From Malacoraja senta (lineage: Eukaryota), in the NCBI GenBank assembly GCA_038087875.1, contig CM075985.1, forward strand, positions 14,570,001 through 14,634,000: a stretch of DNA of 64,000 bases, in the 5' to 3' direction. The position numbers were made by a program, and so were the translations under genes. The notes under the pieces were generated by a model. It saw nothing but the letters and a program-made list of their open reading frames with translations, did not search any database and had not been told where the DNA came from. This document shows, piece after piece, positions 47,701 through 62,700 of the stretch. The stretch's first letter is position 1. Each line of letters begins with the position of its first letter.

Positions 47701-50700
47701 CCCTGCAATTCCATTTTCAGGCAACTGTGTATATACTCCTAGATCTCTCAGTGCGACAACATTTCTCAGGACCCTACAGTTCACAGTTAAAGGACCTGCC
47801 CTGGTTTGACTTTCCAAAATGCAATATCTCACAGTTATCTGAATTAAACTCCATTAGTCATTCCTCAATCCACTTGCCCAGCTGATCGAGATCCCTCTGT
47901 AATTCTTGAGAACCATCTTCACTGTCTACAATAGCAATATTTTTAGTGTCATCCGCAACTTAATCATTGCCTTGTACATTATCATTCAAATCATTAATAT
48001 AGATGACAAACATAAGCCCCATTCCTGAGGTGCCACCACTGGTCACAGGCCTCTAGTCCAAAAAACAATCTTCCGTCACCACCACTCTCTACTTTCTATC
48101 ACGAAAATGAGCAAATTTGTAAATAGAGTAAGAACAGAATTTGGCCACACAGTCAGGAGTGTAAAGGGCTGACAACCCATCCTTAAGTTAATATAAACGT
48201 AAGAGTTTGTTCTTTGAGGATACAGTTAACAAAATGTGGACGGTAAATTATTTAGTCCCATAACTTTGGAAAAGTTGTTGACAAAGTGAAATGTGAGTGA
48301 TGATTAATAAAAAAAATTCAAGATGGGAAACAATTTGCAAAATAGGAAAGAGGAAAAGTAAGAAGAATTGGAAAAGTATTGAAAACACTAGAAGCAATGT
48401 TAACCAAATTAGAGCTGGCAGTTGTCATTCCTAAATTAGTTCTGGCTGACATCTTCATGACTCTTACAGGAATAAATTATTTTTACTGCAATTCAGTAGG
48501 GCCTTGATGAACTGTGCACAGTGTTGGTCTCCTGATCTAAGAGAGAGGTGGTTTCTGCAACTAGACAATGGTGAACCTGTGGAGTTCACTACTTCAGAGG
48601 GGTGTGGAGGCTCAGTCATTGTGTTCAATCAGTAGAGAGATCAATGGATTTCCTGGCATTAAGAAAATCAAGGGATGCGGACACAGACCTGTTGAAGTAG
48701 AAGATTTTCCAGTTTGGCAAAGTTTACTCATTCCTTAACATACAACAGGGACACGGCTCTGTAAAATGGTCATCAAGAGGCCCATTGGAATCTTAAATAA
48801 ATGTTCTAGTTCTTTGTTGGGTCGAGAGAGGTACTGCCTTATGCCGTAGTGTTTATTGTTCTGCACATTTCAATATTGTTATGCTGCATCTTTGCTTTCC
48901 TGTGTAAAGGATTTGGGTATTCCATTTTTCAAAGCATACAGAATATTTGAAAGAAAACAACACGGTAACCATCACTGAGAGGAAACTCTATCACTGGTGC
49001 AGTTGTACTCCTCCACATCAGACCGGTTTTCTATCTAATACACTCAATCTTTGCAATGACTATATTTTTGTACCTGGCATGAACAATTTATAAAGTTTAA
49101 CAGTGGTCACTACAACACAGAGGTCCTTTATATGACTTGAGGATAACACAAAGAGTTTCACAGTTAATAAAGAGCTGTGTACAAATGCCTGCCATTGTAT
49201 TTTTACTTTTATAGTTCTGAATTTTAGAAGACGGAAAATGTACAGATGCTCATAGATGTAAAGGGATAGTAGCTAATGCACTACCTCACCTATGCTGGTC
49301 AGGCCACTGATCTTACGACAAGATTGCTTATCTATGAATAAAAATGAACACTCAGTGCCATAGTGCAACTGTCGTACTCAGCAGCATAGATCAGGGAAAA
49401 GTATTATACATCATAGAAATGCCACTTTGAACCAGACCACTCATTATCTTTGACATTTTCTTTGCCCTTTCTGCAACAATATGATTTTGTATTATTGACC
49501 TTATTGTTTTTGATGTGTGTGTATGTGACTAATATGGAAAAAACGTAACATTTGCCTGGTTAGCTCTGAAAGCTGAAAGGTCTCAGCATAAATTCAGAGT
49601 GAGTAAATCTTACATTGTTAATGATATAAACTACTTAAAGTAAGTTGCCAAGTTGTAACATTTCCACATAAGTTTGAAATGGAACAGATCAATTCATGTT
49701 GTAGCTTACAGCTGGAATTTCTCTTCTTGTGCCAAAATGTTCACAAGAGGTTGGGAAATGTAATCCATCTTTGTAAAATCATTATTTGATTCACAGGAAG
49801 TTGCTGAGCTCTCAGTATAAGAACATGCATTGCGGGTGACTGTCAAATTTACCTTTTACCTTCATTGTGCCCGGTTCTTTCCAATCTTGACTAATCTTCT
49901 GGTATTTTTTGAGGGTGTAACAAGTAGAATGGATAAGGGAGAGCCAGTGGGTGTGGTGTATTTGGACTTTCAAAAAGCCTTTGACAAGATCCCACACAGA
50001 GATTAGTGTGCAAAATTAGAGCATATTGTATTGCGAGTAGGGTATTGACATGGATAGAGAACTGGTTGGCAGACAAGAAGCAAAGAGTAGGAATTAACGG
50101 GTCCTTCTCCGAATGGCAGGCAGTGACTAGTGGGGTGCCGCAAGGCTCGGTGCTGGGACCCCAGTTATCTGCAATATATATTAATGATTTAGACAAGGGA
50201 ATTAAATGTGACATCTCCAAGTTTGCGGATGACACAAAGCTAGGTGGCAATGTGAGCTGCGAGGAGGATGCTATGAGGCTGCAGGGTGACTTGGATAGGT
50301 TGGGTGAGTGGGCAGATGCATGGCATATGTAGTAAAATGTGGATAAATGTGAGGTTATCCACTTTGGTGGCAAGAAGAGGAAGGCAGATTATTATCTGAA
50401 TGGTGTCAGATTAGGAAAAGGGGAGGTGCAACGAGACCTGGGTGTGCTTGTACATCAGTCACTGAAAGTAAGCATGCAGGTACAGCAGGCAATGAAGAAA
50501 GCTAATGGCAGGTTGGCCTTCATTGTGAAAGGATTTGAGTTTAGGAGCAACAAGGTCCTACTGCAGTTGTACAGGGCCCTGGTGAGGCCGCACCTGAAGC
50601 ATTGTGTGCAATTTGGATCTCCTAACTTGAGGAAGAACATTATTGCTATTGAGGGTGTGCAGTGTAGGTTCACCAGGTTAATTCCCGGGATGGCAGGACT

Positions 50701-53700
50701 GACATATGATGAAAGAATGGGTCGACTGGAATTTAGAAGGCTGAGAGGGGATCTTATAGAAACATAAACAATTCTTAAAGGATTGGACAGGTTAGATGCA
50801 GGAAAAAAGTTTCCCATTTTGGGCGAATACAGAACAGGGGTCACAGTTTAAGAATAAGGGGGAGGCCATTTAGGACTGGGATGAGGAAAAACATTTGCAC
50901 CCAGAGAGTTTTGAATCTGTGGAATTCTCTGCCACAGAAGGAAGTACTTTTTTTAAGACCCTAGGATGAAGTCCATCAGGAGCAAAGAATTTTCAGCCTG
51001 TAGCTTGGATAATTATTCTTCCATGGAATAATAACTGTTAACAGATTAAAAACTGGGCTAGAAATGGCAATAACAGGAAAGGCACAGCAAAAGTTTTACC
51101 GCTTTATTTATATTAGCATTTGTACATCAAATGTACTAATTAAGCAATAAAAATCACATATCTAATCTTAATCTTTACAATTATTTCATCTGCAGCTTGA
51201 ACTTTCTCAAGACAAAGTCCAAAGTCATGAGAAGATTTTAGTGGACCCTTCAAGTGAAAACAGAACACGATTATTGGGAGGAGATGATCCATCATTTGAT
51301 GATCTACACCAAAGAGTAAATGAGGTAAAGCTTTTAAGCATTAAAGCTTATTAAATGTATGTCATGCAAGTTATGTACAACATTTTATTCATATCTCTCA
51401 TATTCAAAAAGGAAAACTAAATGGTTCAATGCAAAGCAAACATTGGTCATTAGTGGGAAAACTAGCCTTAATTTGTGATTAAATGTTATTGCAAGTTATA
51501 CGACCAGATTAATCAATTATTCAATCCAGGAAATAGCTCCAATCTTGAACTTGCAATATGTATTGAAGTGTCATCAACTACCAAAGACTTATTTCATATA
51601 TCAAAATTAACTGTGAGATTAAAATGGTCTAGATATATATTGAAGCTATGGAGCCAATCATACAGTTGTAAATAGTTAGAGTCGTACAATACAGAAACAG
51701 GCCTTTAGCCTACCATGATTATACCGACCATCAAGTATCTCTCTATACTAATTAAATTCAACATTTTCCAAAGCCTTCTATGCCTTGACAATTCAATTGC
51801 GCATCGAGATACTTTTGAAATGTAGTGAGAGTCTCTGTCTCCACCACTCACTAAGGCAATACATTAGAGATTCCAACTACACGTCAGGTGAAAAAAGTTA
51901 TCTTTCAGCTGTGCTGTAAACCTCTTACTGTAAACCTATGCCCTCTAGTTTTAGATACCTCTGCTATGGGGAAAAACTTCTTACCATCTAACCCATCGTT
52001 GTATCTCATACTTTTGCATATCTCTTCTGCGTCTTCATCTGTGGCAACGATCTGGTGAATCTCCTCAACACCCTCTCCAGTGCAATTGCATCCTTTCTAT
52101 TTGTAGTGACAGATATTACATTGTCTCAAGGATTTAGTCCTTGATAGTCACTTTAATTGATGACCGAGGATCAGAAGGTAATTAATATGCACCCACGAGC
52201 TCTCCACGAGACATTCAATGCTGTCTAAAGATAAATCTTCCAAAAACAGTCTCTTGATTAATAGTTTATTTATTGTAGTAGTACAAACAGTAAGATAATT
52301 CATACTAGCTTCTTCTTGTATAAGTACATTTCAGTCATACTCGTGGTCATGCTCGTGCATGGTCAAAAACTATGTCTCTTCCCCGATCTTCGAACTGAAC
52401 TAAACTCCTCGGGAGTCTGCGCCAGAATCCCAGCCGCAAACACGCCTCAGACTATGTATAAATGCCACCCACATAATTACAGGCAGATAAAATTTAAAGG
52501 TAACTGGTTATAGTTATAACATACTGAGTTAAGCTAAATGGCTACTACACTATTGTTAGACAACCAGAGCTGTACACTGTGCTCCAGCTGTGGCCTAAAC
52601 AATAGTTTACTAAGTTGTGCCACAACTTCCGTATTCTTGCATTCTATGCCCTGGCCAATGAAGGATAGTTTTCCTATGACTTCTTCACCTTTTTTATTTG
52701 TACTGCTACCTTCAGGGATGCTCAGACATGTGCACCAAGATCTCTCTGTTCCTTAGCTCCCACCATTCATTGTTTATTTCCTATGCTTTTTAATGCCTCC
52801 ACAGTAGGTCATCCTGCACTTAGCAAGATTAAATTGCTTTGCTCACCTTACTAACTAATCAACTCCTCATGATCGCCAATTCTACTGAACAATCCTTCAT
52901 CATCACCCTTTGCCTTTTACAACCATGGCAACTTTGGATCCAATTTGTCAACTTGCCCTGGATCACATGAGCTCTTATCTTTTGGACCAGGTTCATCAAA
53001 GTCGAGGTCGACCATATCATCACCAATCCCCTCATCAATGGTCTCGATAATCTCTTCAAAATTCAATCAGTATTATACATCACAAATATGGGTTCTCTGC
53101 GATGACCATCAAGCACCCATTTACATTATTTATATTTTTATTCTCCATCGATATCAACCTCACTAGATTGTCCCATGCACCTGCACACTAGGAGCAATTA
53201 CAGTGGTCGATTAATCTAGTAAATCACACATTTTTAGGTTGTGGGAGGAAACCAGACCACCCATAGGAAATCCATTCAGTCACAAAGAGAACACACAAAC
53301 TCCACACAAAACGGCACTGGAGGTTAGGGTCAAACCTGTCTGGATCATTGCCATGAAAATGCTTTGGGATTTTCCCTAATCTAGTCCACCAGTGATAGTG
53401 ATAGAGGCACCACAGTGCCTCTCTATGTCCTTTTGGTTTCTTTTTTATTACTTTTTTATGACCTAGACTTTGTAGATTTCTGAAGAGCCTCTTCTGTTTT
53501 CTGCAATATGTCACCTTTTTCATCTTTATCCTGCCCTCAATATCCTTTGACATGCAGAGTTCATTGGATCTGACATTTGTACCTTTTACCAGACTTTGGT
53601 CCTGAATTTTGAGTGACTCCCGCACGTGCAATGTAGACCTATCTCAAGGTTAACGCTCCCGGTATACTTTAATAATGCATTATGATATTGAAATCTCACT

Positions 53701-56700
53701 GCCCCCTCAAAATGCAGGGCCTTATTCGTTTCCATAACTTCTTTGAAATTAACAAACTTATAGCCTCTATCTCCAAAATGCTTTGCCAATGAACTACAAC
53801 CATTTGCTTATATACATCCTGGAAGTTTCAGTACTGCCCCATTTCTAGTAGGACTATATACACACAGGCTCAATGGCTCTCTTGTATACACTTTAGAAAT
53901 TCCTCCCCCTCCTATCACACTAAAGCATTCCCAGTTAATATTAGGGAATTCGAAATAATCAACTAATACTATATAACCCTATTCATATTTCTACAATGTA
54001 TCTACATTTCTGCTCCTTTATTTCCTGTTACTCCCTGCAAAATAGATACTCCCTTTTTGTTGCTACACTCCACCCACATGGCTTCATTTGAAGCATCTTC
54101 TGGGATATCTTCCCTCATCATTGCCAAAATAGATCCCCTAATCAATATGGAAAAGCTACTTCCTTTTCCATGTTATTCACCCTGCCCCCCCCCCCCCCCC
54201 CACCCCCAACTTCACACTTGATAATTCTAGTGGTATGAGTTGAGATAACTGTGGTATGAGTTGAGAATTCTGTCTTTCTTTCAATTTCAATGCTGTGAAC
54301 CTGTGTTAAAGAAAATGGCACATGCCTTTAGAAATAATGTTCACATTTATGTTGGTGTTGTTAATTGCATGTTTTTTATTGAAGTTTACCTCAAAGTTAT
54401 AACTCATCCTATTTGAAACTCTTAAAATAATCTCATAGTTAGAAATAAGACCATTGAAAGAGTTTTTACATTTGCATACTTGCTTTCACACATAGTGTGG
54501 AGCATATTTGTTACGTTTGTTTTTTGTGTAACATTTTTGTTCACTCATGGGATGTAGTCGTCTTTGGCAAGGCCAGAATTTATTGCAAATATACTGCCTT
54601 TGAATAGGCCCCATAAAATATTTCATAAATATTCATTGGAGTTTAGCAGCAAGGAGTTCCTACTGCAGTTGTACAGGGCCCTGGTGAGACCACACCTGTA
54701 GTGTTGTGTGCAATTTTGGTCTCCAAATTTGAGAAAGGATATTATTGCTATTGAGGGAGTGCAGCATAGGTTCACCGGGTTAATTCCCGGGATGGCGGGA
54801 CTGACATATGATGAAAGAATTGGTCGACTGGGCTAATATTCACTGGAATTTAGAAGGATGAGAGGGAATCTTATAGAAACATATAAAATTCTTAAAGGAT
54901 TGGACAGGCAAGGTGCAGGAAAAATGTTGGGGGAGTCCAGAACCAGGGGTCACAGTTTAAGAATAAGGGGTAGGCCATTTGGGACTGAGATGAGCAAAAA
55001 CTTCTTCACCCAGAGAGTTGTGAATCTGTGGAATTCTCTGCCACAGAAGGCAGTGGAGGGCAATTCACTGGATGTTTTCGAGAGAGTTAGATTTGGCTCT
55101 TAGGGCTAAAGGAATTAAGGGATATGGGGGAAAAAGCAGCTACGGGATACTGATTTTTAGATGATCAGCGACGATCATATTGAATGGCGGTGCTGGCTCA
55201 CAGGGCTGAATGGCCTACTCCTGCACCATTTTTTCTATGCTTCTATCTAATTCTGTTTTAAACACTGGCATATTGCTGCTTGGTAAGGAGTTCTGGGATT
55301 TTGATCCAGCTTGGATAAGGGAATGACAATATATTTCAAGTTAGAAATTAATACCATTACTCCTAGGCAATGGTTGTGACATGCACTCCCTTTGTCCTGT
55401 CAAGAGGTAGGGTTTGTGAGGTTTGTGAAGAAGCCCGTGTGAGTTGCTGCAGTGAATTTTACAGATTGTTTTCACTGCAGCCACAGTACACCCATGGTGG
55501 TCCTGAATTACACCTCTTTGAAACAGCATAATTGATAATATTAGAATATAAAATATACACTGGCCACAAGGTTATAGATCATGACAGATTATAATTCTGC
55601 TCATGCAAATGGTTCATGAAGCAACATAGACGTCTGCGTAGAGTTTCTCGGTCTGTTCTAAATCTATCTATCTAATCTAGTACAGTGATAGAAACACACA
55701 GCACAATGGACACAACATAGCAGGAAGATGGGAGTTTATGATGGTCACTCTTGCCAATGCCATCATCTTTACAAGTGGTTGGTGAAATTGAGTTTGAATT
55801 GGATTTTTTCCCTCTGTTGGTTGGTATACTGTCTGCATACCTAGTTTGGCAGTGACACCTATCAGTGCAATCAGTGGATGTAGTAATTGTCAGGCTTTCT
55901 CTTGCCTGATGCTGCATAACATGGTAGTGCACAAGATGTGGTCCGTGGTATTCTGTTGTTGAGGAGGGATTACAGTTGTGCAGGTTGATTCAATAGCCTG
56001 ACAGTTATAGGAATGCAGCTCTTGCCAAACTTGCTGCTGTACCAATTTGTAGCAAATAGAGGCATGGCCTGGATGGTGGGATCCTTGATGATCAATGAAC
56101 CTTCGTGAGGCAATGCTTCCTGTAGATGCTTTTGATGGTGGGTAGAGCTGTACCTGTGATGGACCCAGCCTTTTCCATTCCTATGATTTGGGATTGTCGT
56201 ACAAGGCCATAATGCAAATAATCCGAATATTTACTACAGCACATCTGTGGAAGTTTGTTGGAATATTTGGTGTCATGACAAATCTCTTTAAACTTGTATG
56301 AGAGTCAACTGGCATACCTTTGCAATTGCATCTATGTGCTGGACCCAAAACAGGTTATCCAAGATGTTCACTCCCAGGAATTTGAATCTGCTAACTCTCT
56401 TCAATGCTGACCCACCAATCAAATCCGGCATGTGGTCTCCTGACTTGCTCTTTTGTTCCTTGGTTTTGTTGATTTTGAGCTGGACATTGTTGTCACAATG
56501 AAGAGTCCGTGTACAGGAGAGAGACAGAATACTGGTTTGGTGATGCTACATCAATGACCTCTGCACCCAGCACAAAGAAGCAATTGTGCCAGCGCTTCTA
56601 TATTTAATCAGCAAATATATAAATGGCTTTGGAGCAGTCATTAGTATAGAGCAGGGAGCTAAGCACGTAGCCTTAAGGTGCACCTGTGTTAATGGTTAGT

Positions 56701-59700
56701 GAGGAGGAAATGTTACAGATCGGTACTGACTGAGGTCTGCCGTTGAAGAAGTCAAAGATCCTGTTGCAAAGGGAAGTACAGAGGCCCAGGTCTTGGGGCT
56801 TGGTGGGGATGATTGCATTGAATGCTGAGTTGTTGTTAGGACAGTGGTATGCTCCTCCTGCAAGATGTGGGAGATCAGGTAACTTCCAGTGTACCTGGTG
56901 ACCACACCTGTGGAAAGTGCTCAGATGCAGCTCCAGACTGACCATGTCAAGGATCTGGAGCTGGAATTTAATGCACTCTGGGTCATCCACATTGTTGAGT
57001 GCTGAAAAATGGAGTGAATACAAGTTAGGAAAGAGGTTAAAACAGCAGGACTTCAAGGGTAGTCATCTCTGGATTACTCCCAGTGCCACATGGTAGTGAG
57101 GGCAGAAATTGGATAGGCCAGATGAATGCTTAGTGGAGGAGCTGATGCAGGGATTCAGTTTATTGGGTCACTGGAATCTCTTCTGGGGCTAAGGTGACCT
57201 GCACAAGAGGAACAGGTTGCACCAATATCCTGGGAGAGTTACATGCTACTCAGGAGAGTTTCAGCTAGATTGGCAGCAGGTGGGTCCCAGAGCAGAAATG
57301 AGGCAAATAAGAAGTGGGAGTAAACACTGTAGTCAACAAGAACAAATTTAGTGGACAGGACAGCTAGCAGCACAGCAAAGAGAGGAAAGACCAGTGACTT
57401 AAATTGTATCTATATCAATGCAAGAGGCTTAATAGGTGAAGCAAACAAACTCAGGTGTGGATTAGCTCAGGGACTGTATTATTGAAGCCATAATTAACAT
57501 GAATGTGAAAAAGGCAAGACTGGCAGTTTAGTATTCCAGGGTTGAGCTGCTACAGGCATGATTGAGGTACAGGTAAAGGGAGATGTGATCGTCATTTTGA
57601 TGATGGAGAACATAACAGCCTCAGAACAGGCACTTCGGCCCACAATATCTGTGTCAAACATGATATCCACTTAAACTAGTCCCTTCTGCCTACACACGCT
57701 ATACCTCCCTCCATTGCTGACATATTCACATACCTATCCAAAAGCTTGTTAAATGCCACTATCTTATTTGTTTGCATCACCACCCCTGGCAGCTCATTCC
57801 ACGCATTGACAACTCTGTGTAAAAAAAAAAACTGATCCCACCCATGTCCTTTAAACTATCTCCCTCTAAAGAAAATACTCGACCTGAAACATCACCTATT
57901 CCTTTTCTCCATAGATGCTGCCTGACCCACTGAGTTACTCCAGCTTTTTGTGTCCCTCTGACCATATAGCTACGCCCTCTGTTATTTGACATATCCACAC
58001 TGGGAAAATTATTCTAACTGTCTATCTTAAGTATACTCTAATAATTTTATCAACTTCTATTAGGTGTCCCCTCAGCCACTGAGAACAATGAAAACAATCC
58101 AAATTTGTCCAAATTCTCCAAATAGCAATATCCTCTAATCCAGGAGCATTCTGGTAAACCTCTCTGCACCTCTCAAAAACCTCCATAATGTTCATGTAAT
58201 GGGATGACCAAAACTGCACATTATGTTCCACATGCCATCAAACCAAAGTTATTTTCTGTTAGTGAAGATATTTGGTGGGGGGATCACCCAGTGAGGCTAT
58301 ATGGATAGAACAGAAACAAGAAAGGAATTATTACTTTGATGGGACTATTATACGCCCCTCCAATCGTTAGCAGTTAATTAAGTACTAGGTAGGAGAGGTT
58401 GGTGGAGGTTTTAACTTTCCTAGCATTGACTGGGTAATCCAAAGCTGTGACTTCTATCCATACATTGAAAAAAATAAACCATTTCTGAGGGACACCCAAG
58501 ACAGGAAAATCATGATTTAGTGAACTAGAATGGCAGCTGTGCACCCTGCGACTCAGTTGCCAGAATGGTTATATGATTTATGTTATACTGTAAACAGAAT
58601 TCAATTCAGCTGATGCCAAAGGAAAACATTGCAATTATTCTGATGACTTCAAGCCTGTTTACAAATTTAAATCTGTCACTGTTTGAAGGCAATGACAACT
58701 TTATTTTGTATACTTCCTTAAACAGTCCCATATTATATGGAAGTGAGACTAATGATGTTTAACAAATATCATAACTGGAACTTGATCAGCAAACTGGGCC
58801 TCGTGTCATATTTGATCGTGATTATTTAATTTATGATGGCATTTGCTAGGGTAGATAGAGAGATGGTATTTTTACTCAAGGTGAATGCAAAAATATAGAT
58901 TATAAAGTGGTCACGAGGGGAGAAGGCAGGGGAATGGGATTAGGAGGGAGAGATAGATCAGCCATCATTTAATAGCGGAGTAGACTTGATGGGCCGAATG
59001 GCCTAATTCTTCTATTCCTTATGATTAATAACCATTGACACGTAGCATTACTCTATTTTCAGCCCACTGATGCCGCCTGACCTGTGGATTATTTCCAACA
59101 TTTTCTGTTTATGTTCCAGATGTCTAGTATTTGCATTTTATAATTAGGGAATTTATAATTATAATCTGGCATGAAACTAATTATGTTAAGAAATTCCAGA
59201 TAATCATAACAAGCTCCTACCTAATTAAGAAAATTGCTCAGGCACAAGCTGTCAATTTTTTGTGCGTACAAAAAAAAGCTTAACAAAAACATATAGCAAG
59301 AATATAAGATCTAGGCGAACTTGCAAAACCATAGAATATACTGGAACAAGACTAGTCTTTCACTCTGATAGCTCTGTAGTAGTGTGCGCGCCAAACAGGC
59401 CTCTTGTTCCAGACGATTTCAACCCTCCATACCTTTCTCTTTCATTTCCCCAGCATCGAAGCATCAGAGCTCTTTACCTCAATCATTCCATGTGGTGTTA
59501 TGTGCTGCATCCTATCCATTGAGAAAAGCAGTTTGAGAGAATTTACTTCATTGATTTATTAATGGCCCAGAGCTCACCCAGGTTAAGCTATCACTAAATC
59601 AATTTAAGCATAATTCTAAAGACTTTTGTCAGATTTCCTTCATTTTGAAATAAAAAGAGGCTAAGATGATTTAATTTTCCATGCACTAATTGTACATCCA

Positions 59701-62700
59701 AGTCTGCTTTCTTCTTTTAAAAAAACTTGTACTTTTTCCTCAGGTTATCTTTCTGATGGTGAAATCTTTAGACAATTAATATAATTCTGGTCATTGGACT
59801 TTTATTACTCATTATGCATATTGCACTACATATATTCAACTGCCTCATTATTTTGTTTCTGGTTAATTTCATGAATTATATCCTTTTCTCAATAACCATA
59901 GATGGAGTTGACACTTGCAAGAAAGGAGGAGCAAATATTGGAAAAGGATCTCATCCTGGAACAGGTGGATCGCCTTGCTGAAAGAACCAATGTTAAAGCA
60001 ATGAATGGCAAACATGACACATTGGCCTTAGCTAAGAAGGTAAAATCTTTTTCACCATTGAATCTTAATCAGAGAAACAATGTATTTCAACATTGATTTG
60101 CAATATTTATAGTTATGCTGAACATTTGAAATCATCTATACTATTTAAGAATTGTCCATAATTTTAATATTGTAAATGCTTTGATTGTGATTTCTGTTTA
60201 TTGAAAACATTGATTTTGTATTAAGACTATTTGTTTACAGATGGCATCCTGCATTATCTTCTTAAAATGCATGTCCCCTCTCCTCCTTCCTAAGTTCACC
60301 TATTTTAATCACAGTTTGAACCCCACCCTACTCCCTTTCCAAACCTTTACCACCTCCCCTGAACCACCATTCCAGATCCAATTATTTTTCTCACAGCCCA
60401 TTCTACTCCCACACCAGAACATAATCACCAGATATTTCTCCACCATATTCCACTTCTGACCCCTTCACTACCAGACCTCTGGTTCCGTTCATACTGCTCC
60501 ATCCCAGAACTCTCTCCCTCCTGTGCCTGTGCCCGTATGAGATCAATACAATTACAATACAATTTTATTTGTCTGTTGGACAAATTTGTCATTTGGACCC
60601 CTTGAGGTCCAAACGAAATGTCGTTTCTGCAGCCATACATTACAAAACGAAAAAAGACCCGAGACACAACACAATTTACACATACATCCATCACAGCGCT
60701 GTGATGGAAGGCAAAAAAACGTATCTTTCCACTGCACTTCCCCCCCCCCCCCTCCCCGATGTCAGAGTCAAAGTCAAAGCCCCCGGCGGGCGATGGTGAT
60801 TATCCCGCGGCCATTAAAGCCACGCCGGTTAATGCAAGGGTCACGCACCGGGTCTTGGTGTTAGAGCCCCGGCGCTCGCTCGCAAAGTCCGGCGGCCATT
60901 CCAAGCCGCGTGGGGGGATAAAGCCCCGCATCAGGTGCTCTTCAACCCCGCAACTCGGGCGGGAGAAGTCGCCGCTGCGGAAGCCCCGAAAAGCGGTCTC
61001 CCACCAGGGACCCGCGGGCTTCCGGTGTTGCCGTCCGCCAGATCCTTCGCCTACTGCCAGCTCAAACACATCTTCCTCATTAACTTTGTTGGTGCTGTTG
61101 TAATATACAAGCCAAATTTGGCAAGCCATATAAACAGCTATGAGATAGGGACCAGTTGATCAGTTTTTAGCCTCTGGTTGCAGGATAAATATTGGCTAAA
61201 ATTGTCCTGCCCTTCTTGGAAGTAATAGCAAAAGATCTTTTATATTGCACTATAAAAGAGCAGTTAAATGCTGCAAGGACAGTATACTTGGCAGTGGACC
61301 ACACCCTTGGTATTCTGCCCATTTTTGAAAATGGACATGGATAGCCTTATTTACAAATAATTAAGGTCAATGTAGCCTGAACCTTTACTGGAACACTGAA
61401 ATAAAACAAAAACGTGCTGGATCATCTGCTACATTGTACCATATGGCAGTTAGCTTTTGACCATTATGATCAATGAAGTGATCACGGTATTTTGGGCTAG
61501 GAGAAACTACATTGTTTTCATGTATCAAAAGACAGAGCAAAGTAGGATCGGAACTAGGGTACAACTATATGGCAGGCTTCACCCCAACCCAAGACAGCAC
61601 GAATTGTAATCATTATCTTGCCTGTTTCCTATTACCAAATACCTTTATCCACTGTAAAAAGATTGCACTTCCTCAAAATATTACAATTTGCAACCACAAC
61701 CATTCCATTGACCAGTCTACATCCAGTATACTAACAAGTCTTGACTATTTCATCCCAAGTTCACCATTTGTCCTGTCTTAGCCTATAATTTGTCATTGCC
61801 TTCCATCACAGTGAGGAATGTGGAATCCACGGTTGTGGATGTTTATGTTAACCTTTATGTGGTTGTGTGTCCTGTTGCTTTTCACTTAGTATGACTGTAT
61901 GGTAACTCAAATTTCACTGTACCTTAATTAGTACATGTGACAATGAACTGACCTTGAAGCCTTGAACTACTGATTACACAACATGGAATAAAACTGTTAA
62001 AGCAAGAGCTCTTTGTAATAAAAACAAAAATGCAGGAAAATAATTAATATGACATAGTGCTGCCTGGCCATTGTATCCAGCATTTGTTTGTTTTATTTCA
62101 ACATTCCAGCATCTGTAGTTGATTCTCTTCAGTAACAAGGTCAAATTATTGCTCATCTGATGCTCAGACTTTCATCCAATACATTCAAGTTTTGCCTCAA
62201 GGGCGGAAGCTTCCCTCTTGACAAGTCTTCCAGGACTCTAATTAATAAATGCACTGCCATTCAGATTACTCACACTTTAAACTGCCTATTACAGGCAGAA
62301 AACTAATCACCACCGACATAATAATTCTGGTTCCAGAGAGTTTAATATTTTTGTTTTATTATGATAAATGAATGTATTGGAGGGTTTCCCATGTGAATTA
62401 AAATCAAAATCTGCAGGTGAATGATGTTCAAGGAAAGATGAAGGACATTACACGGAAGATGATGGCTGTAGTCTCAGAGCTGTCAATGCAACAGGCCAAT
62501 GCCATGCAACTCCAACATAACGTCAGGGATAAGCAGCAATTCCTGGAGTCATGTCATCTACGAATGGAGCAGGGAATGGCACCCAGTGAGGAGTTTGAAA
62601 ACGAATGGCTGAAAATGCTGGATAAAGAAAACAGACGGATGATGGAGATTAAGATGAAATACAAGGTATGAATCCAACTGACTACCAAGTCCGTAAACAA

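Larger units (their letters stand above)
45014..47940 (+). repeat. Tandem array, ~1180-bp period, about 2.5 copies (CR1 fragment plus copy of 41510-42080)
   Basis: Near-identical ORFs at 45065/46245/47423, 45297/46477/47655 and 45730/46910. Confidence 0.97.
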
